Positions 1 through 9,432 of a stretch of DNA of 64,000 nt are shown one piece after another. Within the stretch, counting starts at the first letter, position 1. The number at the start of each line of letters is the position of its first letter. The notes beneath the pieces were generated by a model. The model made no database searches, had not been told where the DNA came from, and worked only from the letters and a program-made list of their open reading frames with translations. Source of the DNA: Abditibacteriaceae bacterium (GTDB taxonomy: Bacteria; Armatimonadota; Abditibacteriia; Abditibacteriales; Abditibacteriaceae); NCBI GenBank assembly GCA_965277285.1, contig OZ255721.1:2048001-2112000 (forward strand). Reading direction: 5' to 3'. The translations under genes were made by a program, and so were the position numbers.

Positions 1-209
1 AAGTGATACCAAACCACAGTGTAAGGCGGAAAATCGTGAGGCAAAGCACGCCACGAGCAGCCGTTGGTCAACTGATACAACAAAGCGTTGACGATCTCGC
101 GTTGGGCGTAAAGCCTGCGCGTACCGCGCGCACGCTGTGGCTCGATCAAAGGGCGCAGCACTTGCCATTGTGCCTCGCTCAAATCACTGGGATAGCTCTG
201 GCGTTTCAT
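1..209 (-). mobile_element. IS5-family (IS1031-like) transposase, N-terminal part (runs off the window start)
   Basis: Not in the ORF track. Manual minus-strand translation from ATG at 209 gives MKRQSYPSDLSEAQWQVLRPLIEPQRARGTRRLYAQREIVNALLYQLTNGCSWRALPHDFPPYTVVWYH, with the YPSDL..W and G.xWR.LP.DFPP motifs of IS5 transposases. Confidence 0.92.
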
Positions 210-223
210 AAATGTAAGTCTAA

Positions 224-245
224 CCCTTTCCTATACACCCTCTTA
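224..245 (-). mobile_element. Left terminal inverted repeat of the IS (GAGGGTGTATAGGAAAGGG) and adjacent TNA target triplet
   Basis: Lies just upstream of the transposase ATG. A GAG-start end with a 3-bp TNA flank matches the IS1031 subgroup. The same end recurs at 24836. Confidence 0.75.
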
Positions 246-279
246 GAATGACAAACTTCCATTTTCAAGCGTTTTTGGG

Positions 280-309
280 ACTTTGTTTACAACCTCTCAG
301 AATGACAAA
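280..309. repeat. IS-end/REP junction, 30-bp exact repeat of 62242-62271
   Basis: ACTTTGTTTACAACCTC-TCA-GAATGACAAA at both loci. Confidence 0.85.
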
Positions 310-481
310 GCTCCACGACCTTCGCCTTGTTTCCTACTTTGCAAACGGCTTGTCAGTGCGCGGCACGGCAACGCTTATTTCAACACAATGACGTTTTTAG
401 AAACGCGCCCCGCGCTTGGTAGAAGCAAAGTTTACGCAAAGATTGAGCAAAGTTTTGTCAAGTGGATGTGGATGGAGCGAT

Positions 482-2656
482 TTACTCCGTTGCCGGAACA
501 ACCACAGACAAGTCTTCCGGCGGCAAAGTCAGGCGCACACGCATTCCCCGACCCGTTTGGCTCTCGACCGACAATGTGCCGCCGACAATCGCCATCATTG
601 TGCTGTGCAATGTCAAGCCGCGCCCGCTGCCGCCGTTCGACTTTTCAGTGTCTTTCGAGTACTCGATGGCGCTTGTTCCCACACCATCGTCTTCGATTTC
701 GATGTGCAATGATTCGTCTTCGGTCGCACGCAGTGTCAGTTGCAAAAGGCGCGTCGGGTCATCGCCTCTTCCATAACGCGCGGCGTTGCGAATCGCTTCG
801 CGGCAGGCGAAAAACAAGACTTCGCCAGTCAAGGGATGCAGTGATTGGAAACGTTTTTCAACGTCGTCTTCGACATCCCAAGTCACGCCGTCGAAAGCGC
901 CTTTCCATTCGGTTTCGAGTACTCGATGCAGCGAACCCAAGACGCCCAGACGCGCGATTTCGGGCGTCGTGTGCGTCGGCATTTCGCGCAGCAAATCGGA
1001 AATCTGGCGATGCACGTCGCTCAATTGCGTCAAGACTTCGGCGTTGCCCGAAGCCGACAACGTTAAAATCGCGGCATGAACGCGCGGCAGAATTTCGTCG
1101 TGCAAAGCGCGCCGCGCCTGACGGTCGAGCAACTGATTTTCCGCCAAACGCTGTCGCTGCAAACTCATCAAGCGTTGCGAAAGAGCGCGTCCGGCGCGCG
1201 CATCAATCGAACGTTCGCCAGCAGCGCGCGCGACCTCGATTTCTTCCTGCGTATAAAGCCCGCCATCTTCCTTCTCGCCCAGCAACAATGCGCCGATTAA
1301 GCCGCGCTCGCCCCACAACGGCACCGCCCAAATCGCGCCGTGATAAATCGTCGCGTCCAAAGGCACGCAACGCGTTTGCGGCGAAAAACTCATTGCCAAA
1401 CTTTGCACGTTTGGCACGCTCAAGCTTGGCGGAAACGTTTCGGCGGCAACCAGCGGCGCCAGCGATCCCAAAGGCTGCAAAAACGCCCGTCGCGCATGAA
1501 GCACGTCGCGGCACAGCGTCGCAAACGAATCGTGCGCCGCGTTTTCTTGCGTTGAATTTTCGCCACTATTTTCACGGTGCCGCGACAGCAAATCGTCGTA
1601 AAAATGCTGGCTTCCCGCGACCGCGCGCAAGTTCGACGTGTGTTGTTCCTGTTCGGCGTAAGAGCGCCAGGCGAAGAACGCCAGAAATGCGCTCATCAAA
1701 ATCGTGGTCAGCATCAAAGGATAAATCGGGCGCAATTCAAAACCCTGACTGAGTCCGACCAGCGCGCTATAAACCGCCGCCACGATGACGATGACGCGCC
1801 ATTGTCGCACAAAACCACGTCGCGGCAAGGTTTTTTCGGTCAAAATCCCATACGACACAATCGCTTTTCCCAGCAAAATCACCGCTAAAGCGATCAAAGC
1901 ACAAACCAGAAGCTCGAGCGCGCTGCCCCACAATTCGATGCGACCGGCAATCGCGTCGGGAACACGTCCCCACAACGACGCGTAAACCATGCCGAGAATG
2001 GCCAGCCCAACGAGCAAGCTCAATCCCAACTGCACCAACGTCGAAGCGATCAGATAGGGACGCGCGCGTTGTCGCGCCACATCGCGTAAAGCTCGTCCCG
2101 AAACGTTGGGGCGCCGCAACACATCGAGCGCCAGGCCGATGCACATCAACAAGTAAACGGGATAAAGCACCAACAAATACGGCCAGCCGCGCAATGACAA
2201 GGCGTCGTGCGACGGCACATTAGCCATCTGCGCGAGTACTCGAAACGGGTTGGCGAGCGCGACGACGATGAAGAGAACGGTCAACAATGTCGAGACTAAG
2301 AGCAGACACGGGCGATGACGGCGTCGCAAAGTCGAGGTTTTTTCGTCCCAGAAACCGGCGTACCACAGCATTAAAAGGTACCAGGCGCAGGGCAAAACGA
2401 GGATCGCGCTCCATCCGCCATACCACCAGACGCGCACGCCAAAAACCAGGGCGCGCAGGCTGTAATCGAGCATGACAGAATGCGCCGCGAAAAAAGCACC
2501 GCCCGCCAGCAACCCAAATCCCGCCACCCAGACGCCGATGTGTCGCCGCTCGGCGTTCAACAACACGGTCAGGCCGAGCCACAACAAAATGACGGTGTTG
2601 AACAGCGAAACTGAAAGCAGCGCCCAGAAAAGCGAAAAATCGAGCCACGGAGCCAT
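482..2656 (-). CDS. Multi-pass membrane sensor histidine kinase (HisKA_3-like, GAF-like segment, HATPase_c)
   Basis: About 10 TM segments, LHDEILP H-box, EAIRNAARY N-box, IEDDGVG and GRGL boxes. Start set at ATG 2656 because the longer ORF runs through a REP. Confidence 0.88.
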   Translation of the reverse strand: MAPWLDFSLFWALLSVSLFNTVILLWLGLTVLLNAERRHIGVWVAGFGLLAGGAFFAAHSVMLDYSLRALVFGVRVWWYGGWSAILVLPCAWYLLMLWYAGFWDEKTSTLRRRHRPCLLLVSTLLTVLFIVVALANPFRVLAQMANVPSHDALSLRGWPYLLVLYPVYLLMCIGLALDVLRRPNVSGRALRDVARQRARPYLIASTLVQLGLSLLVGLAILGMVYASLWGRVPDAIAGRIELWGSALELLVCALIALAVILLGKAIVSYGILTEKTLPRRGFVRQWRVIVIVAAVYSALVGLSQGFELRPIYPLMLTTILMSAFLAFFAWRSYAEQEQHTSNLRAVAGSQHFYDDLLSRHRENSGENSTQENAAHDSFATLCRDVLHARRAFLQPLGSLAPLVAAETFPPSLSVPNVQSLAMSFSPQTRCVPLDATIYHGAIWAVPLWGERGLIGALLLGEKEDGGLYTQEEIEVARAAGERSIDARAGRALSQRLMSLQRQRLAENQLLDRQARRALHDEILPRVHAAILTLSASGNAEVLTQLSDVHRQISDLLREMPTHTTPEIARLGVLGSLHRVLETEWKGAFDGVTWDVEDDVEKRFQSLHPLTGEVLFFACREAIRNAARYGRGDDPTRLLQLTLRATEDESLHIEIEDDGVGTSAIEYSKDTEKSNGGSGRGLTLHSTMMAIVGGTLSVESQTGRGMRVRLTLPPEDLSVVVPATE

Positions 2657-2685
2657 ATCGAGTACTGGAAATTGAAGAATGCGAT

Positions 2686-2756
2686 GTAGGGACGCAGATT
2701 TCTGCGTCCGTTGATTCAAACTTGCACACAACGGACGCAGAAATCTGCGTCCCTAC
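2686..2756. repeat. GTAG-type REP doublet (REPIN-like)
   Basis: Perfect 28-bp inverted arms GTAGGGACGCAGATTTCTGCGTCCGTTG / CAACGG...CCCTAC, each internally palindromic. Confidence 0.85.
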
Positions 2757-2765
2757 GCCTGCACC

Positions 2766-3512
2766 TCAACTTTCTTCCAATTGTCGCCAGCGCATGATCG
2801 TCATCGGTTCGTGAAACCAGGCGATGCGCGACGGCAAATGTATTTGAACCACCGCGTTGCCGTTGAGCAAATTGGGGTCGGCTTCGATCCAGGTTTGGTC
2901 GCCGATATAAGCCAGAACATGAGCGCCGCTCGCAGTCACTACGATGTCACCTGCCTGGATTTGCGCGTAATTCAATTCGCTCAAAGAATGCGTGGGAAAC
3001 ATCAAGCGCGTTTGTCCGCGATATTCGTGTTGCAGCGCCTGCGCCGAACAATCGTGCCACCACAACGAAGCGCCCACGCGCAGCAACGCCGGATTGAACG
3101 TCGTCAGGCCACGATGAAAATCCGCGTCGATCAGACCGCAGCGCATCAAGCCCGAACAATCGATGCCACGATGCGTTTCGCCGCCCCAAACGTAAGGCGT
3201 TCCCGTGTAAGCCATCAACGAACGCACATATTCGTGTCGTAATGCTTGGGCATCGTCGCGGCGCCCGGGCAAAATTGCGATTGCCAAAACGAAAACCGAA
3301 AGCGCCAAACATCCGAACCGCACGGGTTTCTTTTTCCAGAACAACGCCAGCGCGCCGCTCCACAACAGGAAAACGCTCAAGATCAAACCTGCGCGAGTCG
3401 TCGCATCTCGAATCGGATAACCATGCAGCGCCAGCAAAAGCGGCCACAACATCAGCCACAAAACGAAAGCAAGCGGGCGCAAGTTGATGGGACGTTTGGA
3501 GAAGAGGTTCAT
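2766..3512 (-). CDS. Membrane-anchored NlpC/P60-family protein
   Basis: Three N-terminal TM segments, GTPYVWGG..GIDCSG catalytic Cys motif, downstream His (GAHVLAY). Confidence 0.85.
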   Translation of the reverse strand: MNLFSKRPINLRPLAFVLWLMLWPLLLALHGYPIRDATTRAGLILSVFLLWSGALALFWKKKPVRFGCLALSVFVLAIAILPGRRDDAQALRHEYVRSLMAYTGTPYVWGGETHRGIDCSGLMRCGLIDADFHRGLTTFNPALLRVGASLWWHDCSAQALQHEYRGQTRLMFPTHSLSELNYAQIQAGDIVVTASGAHVLAYIGDQTWIEADPNLLNGNAVVQIHLPSRIAWFHEPMTIMRWRQLEES

Positions 3513-3528
3513 AAGGTTTTCACATCGC

Positions 3529-3882
3529 TTACCAGTGACACGAACCACCGTTCAACGTTGAATCGCACGTTAATGAATCTTGCGTCCACGGATAGTAGCC
3601 TCTTAAATGCAAAACGTAATGACAACTTTTGTCGTCGCTCTTCACAATTTCTAAACTCCGAAAGTAATTTCGATGAAACTCCGAAGTTACGCCATTTAAA
3701 CTCGTCGGCCATTTGCCAGATAGTTTTCTTTGCACAGGCATATAGTGGCGCGCTACGTAAACTCCATAAGCATTCTTATGATTGCCATGACTGGGCACAT
3801 CCACCAAGAAATAAACGCAAGCCAGGAACAACAACATACACAGATATGGGCGCAAGCGCATCAAAAATGGAGATTTGCGCAT
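3529..3882 (-). CDS. Hypothetical exported/membrane protein
   Basis: 117 aa, N-terminal hydrophobic stretch, GAGGAG RBS upstream, AT-rich. Confidence 0.55.
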   Translation of the reverse strand: MRKSPFLMRLRPYLCMLLFLACVYFLVDVPSHGNHKNAYGVYVARHYMPVQRKLSGKWPTSLNGVTSEFHRNYFRSLEIVKSDDKSCHYVLHLRGYYPWTQDSLTCDSTLNGGSCHW

Positions 3883-3970
3883 AGTCTCAACTCCTCAAAA
3901 TTATGCTAATGGCTGAAGAGTAACACAGAACGAGAGATTTTCGACGTTCAAGCACTATCGAGTACTCGAT

Positions 3971-4159
3971 TTACTTACGCTTAACGATAAAGATAATGTT
4001 CCAGACTACAAGGAATACTACGATAATCACAGAAAACATAAGGAATAATACGTTCCCCAGATGGCGCTTTCCCAGATAATCCATGAGCAGGGGCAATAAC
4101 ATCAGAGACACAAACAATGTAGAACAGCCACATCCTACCCCACAATCTATAAGTCTCAT
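3971..4159 (-). CDS. Small two-TM hypothetical protein
   Basis: 62 aa, hydrophobic, AGAGGA RBS before the ATG. Confidence 0.5.
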   Translation of the reverse strand: MRLIDCGVGCGCSTLFVSLMLLPLLMDYLGKRHLGNVLFLMFSVIIVVFLVVWNIIFIVKRK

Positions 4160-4219
4160 TCCTCTGCACCTTTATTCAATGGTTGATTGCTGAAACTTCA
4201 TCACATTGAGTACTCGATC

Positions 4220-4951
4220 TTATTCCCAAACACTCCATTTGCCGTTTTCGTTTTGGATGCGCGCAGTGCCGTCTTCGTCCCATTCGATAAAACGTCCCAA
4301 ATGCAAAATCAGCGCGGCGCGTGTGCGCGCAACTTTCTCGTCAGTATTGGTGTCGTTCAAGCCCCACGAGGCGTAAATCTGGCCGTTGACGCGGCTGATG
4401 GTGCGCTTATCACGAAAACCCATGCGACTGGCGATTTGCTCGTTGGTCAGGCCGCGCGCCAAGAGTTTGGCGACAGCTTGCTCGTTAGGTTCCAAAAGCG
4501 CCAATGGCGATTGTTCGTCTTTGTGGCGGACTTGCTGCACGCGCGATTCGATGTCAGGGTCGATGAAACTGCGTCCCGCGACGGCATCGTGCAACAGCGG
4601 CACGATCATTTGCGGCAGCAGATAATTCGACTTGCGCACATACGCGTAATGGCTGAGGATGCCAGAACCGCGAAAATCTCGATACGGCGCGTCGTCGTCT
4701 TGAATCGAATAAAACACGACCGGCATTCGTGGAAACTCGCGGCGAATCGCAATCGCGGCTTCGATGCCGTTCATGCGGCCTTCGAGTTGAACATCCATTA
4801 AAATCGCGTCCGGCTTTTGCGCCAGGCACAAGGACAAAGCGTCTTCGCCGCGACTGCAATCGGCGATGATTTCGACGTGTCCCGTCGCCTGCAATCCGGC
4901 TTTCAAAGCGGGACGCAATTTCGGGTTGTCTTCCACCAGCAAAAGTTTCAT
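4220..4951 (-). CDS. NarL/LuxR-type response regulator
   Basis: MKLLLVEDN receiver start, ILMDV phospho-Asp, C-terminal GLTNEQIA HTH. Confidence 0.9.
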   Translation of the reverse strand: MKLLLVEDNPKLRPALKAGLQATGHVEIIADCSRGEDALSLCLAQKPDAILMDVQLEGRMNGIEAAIAIRREFPRMPVVFYSIQDDDAPYRDFRGSGILSHYAYVRKSNYLLPQMIVPLLHDAVAGRSFIDPDIESRVQQVRHKDEQSPLALLEPNEQAVAKLLARGLTNEQIASRMGFRDKRTISRVNGQIYASWGLNDTNTDEKVARTRAALILHLGRFIEWDEDGTARIQNENGKWSVWE

Positions 4952-5035
4952 GGCGCTTCTCCACTCTTTATCTTTCACCTTGCGCAGCGATGACGCAAGC
5001 ACTCAAGTGCAACCTTTCGAGTACTCGAATTGGTG

Positions 5036-8000
5036 TTAGTTCGCCACCGTGCCGCGCGTCGCTTCGTCGCTGTAGCGTTGCCGATGCAAAGCTTGCAAGG
5101 CTTTTCGCCACGCCAAGCGCGCCAAAACGATGTGACAAACGCTGACTAAAATCAGGGCGACGCACAAGGCGAGCCAACCCAAATTCCAACCTAAAACCAA
5201 GACGGCGAACAAAAGAGCTTCGATCACCAAAATGCGGCTGAACGCGGTCGCGCTGCCAGTTCCGGTTTTGAGAGCGCTCGCCGCGCCGCAGGTTTGGCGA
5301 CATAAACAATAAAGACCAAAGGTGGAAATTTCGAGCGCGGCCAAGAACCCGACGGGCAACAGCGTCCAATCGCCGCCCGCGCACGCCATGATGATTCCCA
5401 GCAGCAACCAGGGCACGAAAGTTGTCAATGTCGGAAGCAATGTCAGGCCGAAAAAGGAGGCTTTGCCGCGCAACAGTTCGTCATCGCTCAGCGGCGTTAG
5501 AAACAGGAAAACCAGCGTTCCGTTCTTGCGATCCAGGTCGAGCGCGTTGCCCAGATTCGATGTCCCGACCAGAAAAACCAGGCTCGCCACAGTTAGCGTC
5601 ACAAGCGTTAAAACGTGTCCCCACGCTTGCCAATCGGCGTTAATCGGCCAACCGTTATTTTGCGTCCACGGCGAAAGCAACATTGTCCCGTTGCTGACTG
5701 AAACGGCGCCAAAAATCATAATTTCCAGCGCCAGAGCACCGAAACAAAGCATCGTCAAACTGCTTCGCAAAACCGCCGTGCGCGATTTCTGCCCTTCTTT
5801 CGTTGCGATGTCTGCGTATTCGACTTTGGCAATTGGCGCTGTCTTTTTGGTATTTTGCGTGGACGATTTGGAAGTCGTCAGGCTGCGATACAAAGCGAAA
5901 TCGAGTACGGGATTGCGTTGCGCTTCGCCCCAATCAATCAAACGATTGACGTGACGTTCGATGAAGCTCAACACGCGCCCGAGCGTTCCCCGCATCAAAA
6001 TATCTAACACGCGATAAATAGGTTTGCCGACCAAAACGACCACGAACCAGACGCCGCGCGCCACAATTCCAGCGCAACGCCAGAACCAACGCCAAAAACG
6101 CCGCCACCAACTGACGCCCACCGCTTCGTCTTCCACTTTGCGGCGCGATAAAGGAACCGAAATTGAAGCGCACGCCACGCCAACTATCGCCTGAAGCAAC
6201 GGCGCCATCCACCACGAAAGCCACCAATTGTTGGGGCGCGACAGTTGAAAACGCAGCAACGAAAGCAGCGAAACTAACGGGCTCAAGACGACGTGCGGCG
6301 CCTGCTCGAACTCGAAATGACCAAAGGGCGCGCTCGTATCCAACTGAGCAAAAAGATGGCGCGCCACGACTTCCAGCGCCAAACCGTAAAACCATAGTGC
6401 CACAAAGCCACGCCAACGTGCGCGTGCCGGCAAAGGCGGTTTCGGCAACGCCGCACCAAGCACTTCTACGCCGCAAACCGCGACCAGAAACGCCAGGGTT
6501 GTCGCGCCGGTTGGGAGCAAACGCGCGCACCACATCGCATCGGTTCCCCTCATGCCGCCGAGCCAGCATGCCAGAAAATAGAGCGCGACGCCAACACCTA
6601 AATTACGAACCATCGCCAGTAGCGCTTTGCGCCAGCGTCCGGCCATCGCGCGCGAACGTTTTTCACTTAAAGAACTTTCTGTTGAATGTTCTTCAACCGC
6701 CAATCGAGTACTCGATTCTTTCGCGCGGTCGTCGTCCGGCTTTTTCTCGGCGCGAAACACCGCCGCGATTTCGCTCCAGGCGCGCAGCGTGCAAAAGATG
6801 AGAATCGCCGTCCACAAGGCCGATTGTGTCCAAGCCGGAATCGTCGGAGTTGGCGTATTGAGCGTCGGCATTACAGATGGCGCGCCGCGTAGCAGCAGAG
6901 GCACCACCAGCGCGATCAAAGGTCGCCAGCCGTAGCCGATGAGCATCGTCCACAATAACCAGTTCAAAGGGCGATTGAGTTTTCGCGCGCGTTCTTTGCG
7001 GCGTTTCTGAACGGCTTCAAACGCTTTATCGACCGAGTTCGCCAAATGCAAATAACTGCAACGTCGTCGCCCGACAGACCACGGCACCAACAACAAAGCG
7101 GGCGGCAGCGACAAAGCAAAAAACGGCAGCGGCGTCACCAGCAAGCGCGCCAACACCAAAGGCCACGTCAAGGGCAAGCCAGCCATCAACGAAACAACCG
7201 ATTCCGGCCAGCCCAAAGCGTATAACGCCGCGTTTGAGCCGCCAGAACTCGCAATCCAGAAGCGCAACATCCACAGCGCGCCTTGCATCAAGCCGATGCC
7301 CAAAAACCACATGACAACCGTTTCGCTTTGCGCGCCCCGGGCGGTTCGCGGCGTCGAAGAGCTTGTGCTTGTCTTTTGATTCGTCGAATCGAACAGCGCT
7401 GCTTTTCGAGTACTCGATTGGGCGGGCGACGTTTCTAAAGGCGCTGCCTGCGTCAACGTTTGAATTTCCGAGACTTCTTTGTTCAACACCGCCATCACCG
7501 CCGATTCTGTAGGCGACGGTGAACGCGTGGTGCGGGACGAAGCGGAACTTGTGGGCGCGACAAGAGGCAACGGCGCGGCGTGCCCCAGCCAGAGGAAAAC
7601 GAGGAACAAACCGCACAAATCGAGCGGCGACCATTGCGAAGTCCAAATTGCCAGCGCGAAAACTGGCAAGCCCATCGCGGCAACAAACAACGCCAGAAAA
7701 ACGCCCGGCGCTCCGGCCAGCCACAGCCAACGTTCGCCAGGCAACGGCAACAATTGCAATTGTTCGAGCGTGCCTTGAAGTTGCTCGCGCCGCAGCATCG
7801 CGCCGACGCGCAGGCGCGCAACCAACAACGCGCCGAACGCGCAAACATCGGCTGTCATCAGCGCCGCGTAACCGATGAAGTTGTCGCCTAAAAACGCGAG
7901 CAACTTCGACGGCAACGTTTCTTTGCCCCAGAACTGCGCCGCGCCTTGCGGATCGGCCAGCGCCCAGGCGAACCAGACGCCAAAAATCCCCAGCAGCAGC

Positions 8001-8410
8001 CAGCAATTCACGACCAGCGCCAATTTCCAGGGGCGTCCGCTGCGCGTTTCGACGTGCCACGCGCGCCCCAGAAACGGATTGTCGGCGCCATGCCATTGTT
8101 GAAGCGCCGCGCAAGTCCGCAAAAACCCGATGCGTCCGCGATTGCGCAAATGCGTCCTGCCGCGCTTCCACAAGCGACGAGGAAGGTCGCGCACAGTCCA
8201 ACTTTGGCGCGTCTTTACAAAAGGGAAAGGAGTGTTTGTCGAACTAAACGCGTGGTCGTCGCGGCGCTCGGCAAAGTCGAGATCGGCTTCGTCGAGAAGG
8301 CCGGATGCGGAACCTTTGGCGTCCGGCGTCGGGGAGTTTTCGACTTCAACAGCGGTCGGTTCAGCGGCATTTTGCACAACTTCAATCGGTTCATCTGCGG
8401 GTTGTTTCAA
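5036..8410 (-). CDS. Large multi-pass membrane protein with two ABC-2 permease-like modules
   Basis: Two motifs of the 'RE..GTLE.L.L.P' type (REQLQGTLEQLQLLP; DRKNGTLVFLFLTP), each preceded by an NP motif; many TM segments. Confidence 0.7.
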   Translation of the reverse strand: MKQPADEPIEVVQNAAEPTAVEVENSPTPDAKGSASGLLDEADLDFAERRDDHAFSSTNTPFPFVKTRQSWTVRDLPRRLWKRGRTHLRNRGRIGFLRTCAALQQWHGADNPFLGRAWHVETRSGRPWKLALVVNCWLLLGIFGVWFAWALADPQGAAQFWGKETLPSKLLAFLGDNFIGYAALMTADVCAFGALLVARLRVGAMLRREQLQGTLEQLQLLPLPGERWLWLAGAPGVFLALFVAAMGLPVFALAIWTSQWSPLDLCGLFLVFLWLGHAAPLPLVAPTSSASSRTTRSPSPTESAVMAVLNKEVSEIQTLTQAAPLETSPAQSSTRKAALFDSTNQKTSTSSSTPRTARGAQSETVVMWFLGIGLMQGALWMLRFWIASSGGSNAALYALGWPESVVSLMAGLPLTWPLVLARLLVTPLPFFALSLPPALLLVPWSVGRRRCSYLHLANSVDKAFEAVQKRRKERARKLNRPLNWLLWTMLIGYGWRPLIALVVPLLLRGAPSVMPTLNTPTPTIPAWTQSALWTAILIFCTLRAWSEIAAVFRAEKKPDDDRAKESSTRLAVEEHSTESSLSEKRSRAMAGRWRKALLAMVRNLGVGVALYFLACWLGGMRGTDAMWCARLLPTGATTLAFLVAVCGVEVLGAALPKPPLPARARWRGFVALWFYGLALEVVARHLFAQLDTSAPFGHFEFEQAPHVVLSPLVSLLSLLRFQLSRPNNWWLSWWMAPLLQAIVGVACASISVPLSRRKVEDEAVGVSWWRRFWRWFWRCAGIVARGVWFVVVLVGKPIYRVLDILMRGTLGRVLSFIERHVNRLIDWGEAQRNPVLDFALYRSLTTSKSSTQNTKKTAPIAKVEYADIATKEGQKSRTAVLRSSLTMLCFGALALEIMIFGAVSVSNGTMLLSPWTQNNGWPINADWQAWGHVLTLVTLTVASLVFLVGTSNLGNALDLDRKNGTLVFLFLTPLSDDELLRGKASFFGLTLLPTLTTFVPWLLLGIIMACAGGDWTLLPVGFLAALEISTFGLYCLCRQTCGAASALKTGTGSATAFSRILVIEALLFAVLVLGWNLGWLALCVALILVSVCHIVLARLAWRKALQALHRQRYSDEATRGTVAN

Positions 8411-8450
8411 CGTGTATCAACAATTCCTTGCGCCCTGACAACTCCGCATT

Positions 8451-9386
8451 TCAGCGCGGGACGGGCGTCTTTTCCAGCGCGTCTTCGATGATGTGTGCGG
8501 GCAACGTGCCGCCATAACGCGCCTGATTGTCCAGCATAATTCGATGTGACAGCACTGAAACTGCCAGTGCGCGCACGTCATCCGGCACGACGTAAGCACG
8601 CTCTTCGAGCCAGGCGCGCGACTGCGCCATGCGACGTAACATCAGCGAGCCGCGCGGCGAAACGCCCAACTTCAAGCGCGCATCGTGGCGCGTCGCCTCA
8701 ACCAAACGTACGATATATTCAACCACATCGCGCTCGCAATGCACTTGCGTCACTTCCTGTTGCAATTCGTGCAAGCGCGCCGGTTCGAGTACCGGAAACA
8801 GGTCATCCAACGGGTCCGTGCCATTTTGATTTTGCACGACTTCGATTTCGTCCTGCAAATCGGGATAACCCAACGCCAGTCGGATTGCAAAACGATCCAT
8901 TTGCGCTTCGGGCAAAGGATACGTGCCATGAAAATCGGACGGGTTTTGCGTGGCGATCACGAAGAACGGGCGTGGCACCGCGCGACTTTCGCCTTCGACC
9001 GAAACCTGGCCTTCACTCATCACTTCGAGCAAGGCCGATTGCGTGCGCGGACTGGTGCGATTGATTTCATCGGCCAGTAAAACGTGGGCGAAAACCGGCC
9101 CGCGACGAAACTCCCAACTGCCGTCGCGCGCGGGGAAATGGCTGCCCGTTAAATCGGCGGGCATCAAGTCGGGCGTGAACTGCACGCGTCGAAAGGTGCC
9201 GCCCATCAAGCGCGCCAATGCTTTGGCCAACGTCGTCTTGCCGGTTCCCGGAACGTCTTCCAGCAAGACGTGACCGCCCGCCAAAAGCGCTGTCAAAACA
9301 AGGCGGATTTCTTGGCTTTTGCCGCGAATGACCTGGTTCAAATTCTCTTCCATTTGCTGCACTTCGGTCGTGGTTCGAAGGCTCAT
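8451..9386 (-). CDS. moxR: MoxR-family AAA+ ATPase
   Basis: EDVPGTGKT Walker A, RVQFTPDLMP, LADEINR Walker B, ATQNP, YPLPEAQMDRF. Confidence 0.95.
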   Translation of the reverse strand: MSLRTTTEVQQMEENLNQVIRGKSQEIRLVLTALLAGGHVLLEDVPGTGKTTLAKALARLMGGTFRRVQFTPDLMPADLTGSHFPARDGSWEFRRGPVFAHVLLADEINRTSPRTQSALLEVMSEGQVSVEGESRAVPRPFFVIATQNPSDFHGTYPLPEAQMDRFAIRLALGYPDLQDEIEVVQNQNGTDPLDDLFPVLEPARLHELQQEVTQVHCERDVVEYIVRLVEATRHDARLKLGVSPRGSLMLRRMAQSRAWLEERAYVVPDDVRALAVSVLSHRIMLDNQARYGGTLPAHIIEDALEKTPVPR

Positions 9387-9404
9387 AATTTCTCCTGTGA
9401 CTTT

Positions 9405-9432
9405 GTAGGGGCTTGGCGTGCCAAGCCCCTAC
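9405..9432. repeat. GTAG-type REP hairpin
   Basis: GTAGGGGCTTGGC-GT-GCCAAGCCCCTAC; same family as 16015-16087. Confidence 0.8.

Noticed and set aside
3..251. 82-aa + strand ORF
   Set aside because: Antisense shadow of the IS5 transposase on the minus strand.
283..1752. 489-aa + strand Arg-rich ORF, and similar long antisense ORFs (7946-8491, 13895-14665, 15049-15963, 20775-21647, 26165-27094)
   Set aside because: They overlap well-supported opposite-strand genes, have no motifs, and are typical shadows in GC-rich DNA.
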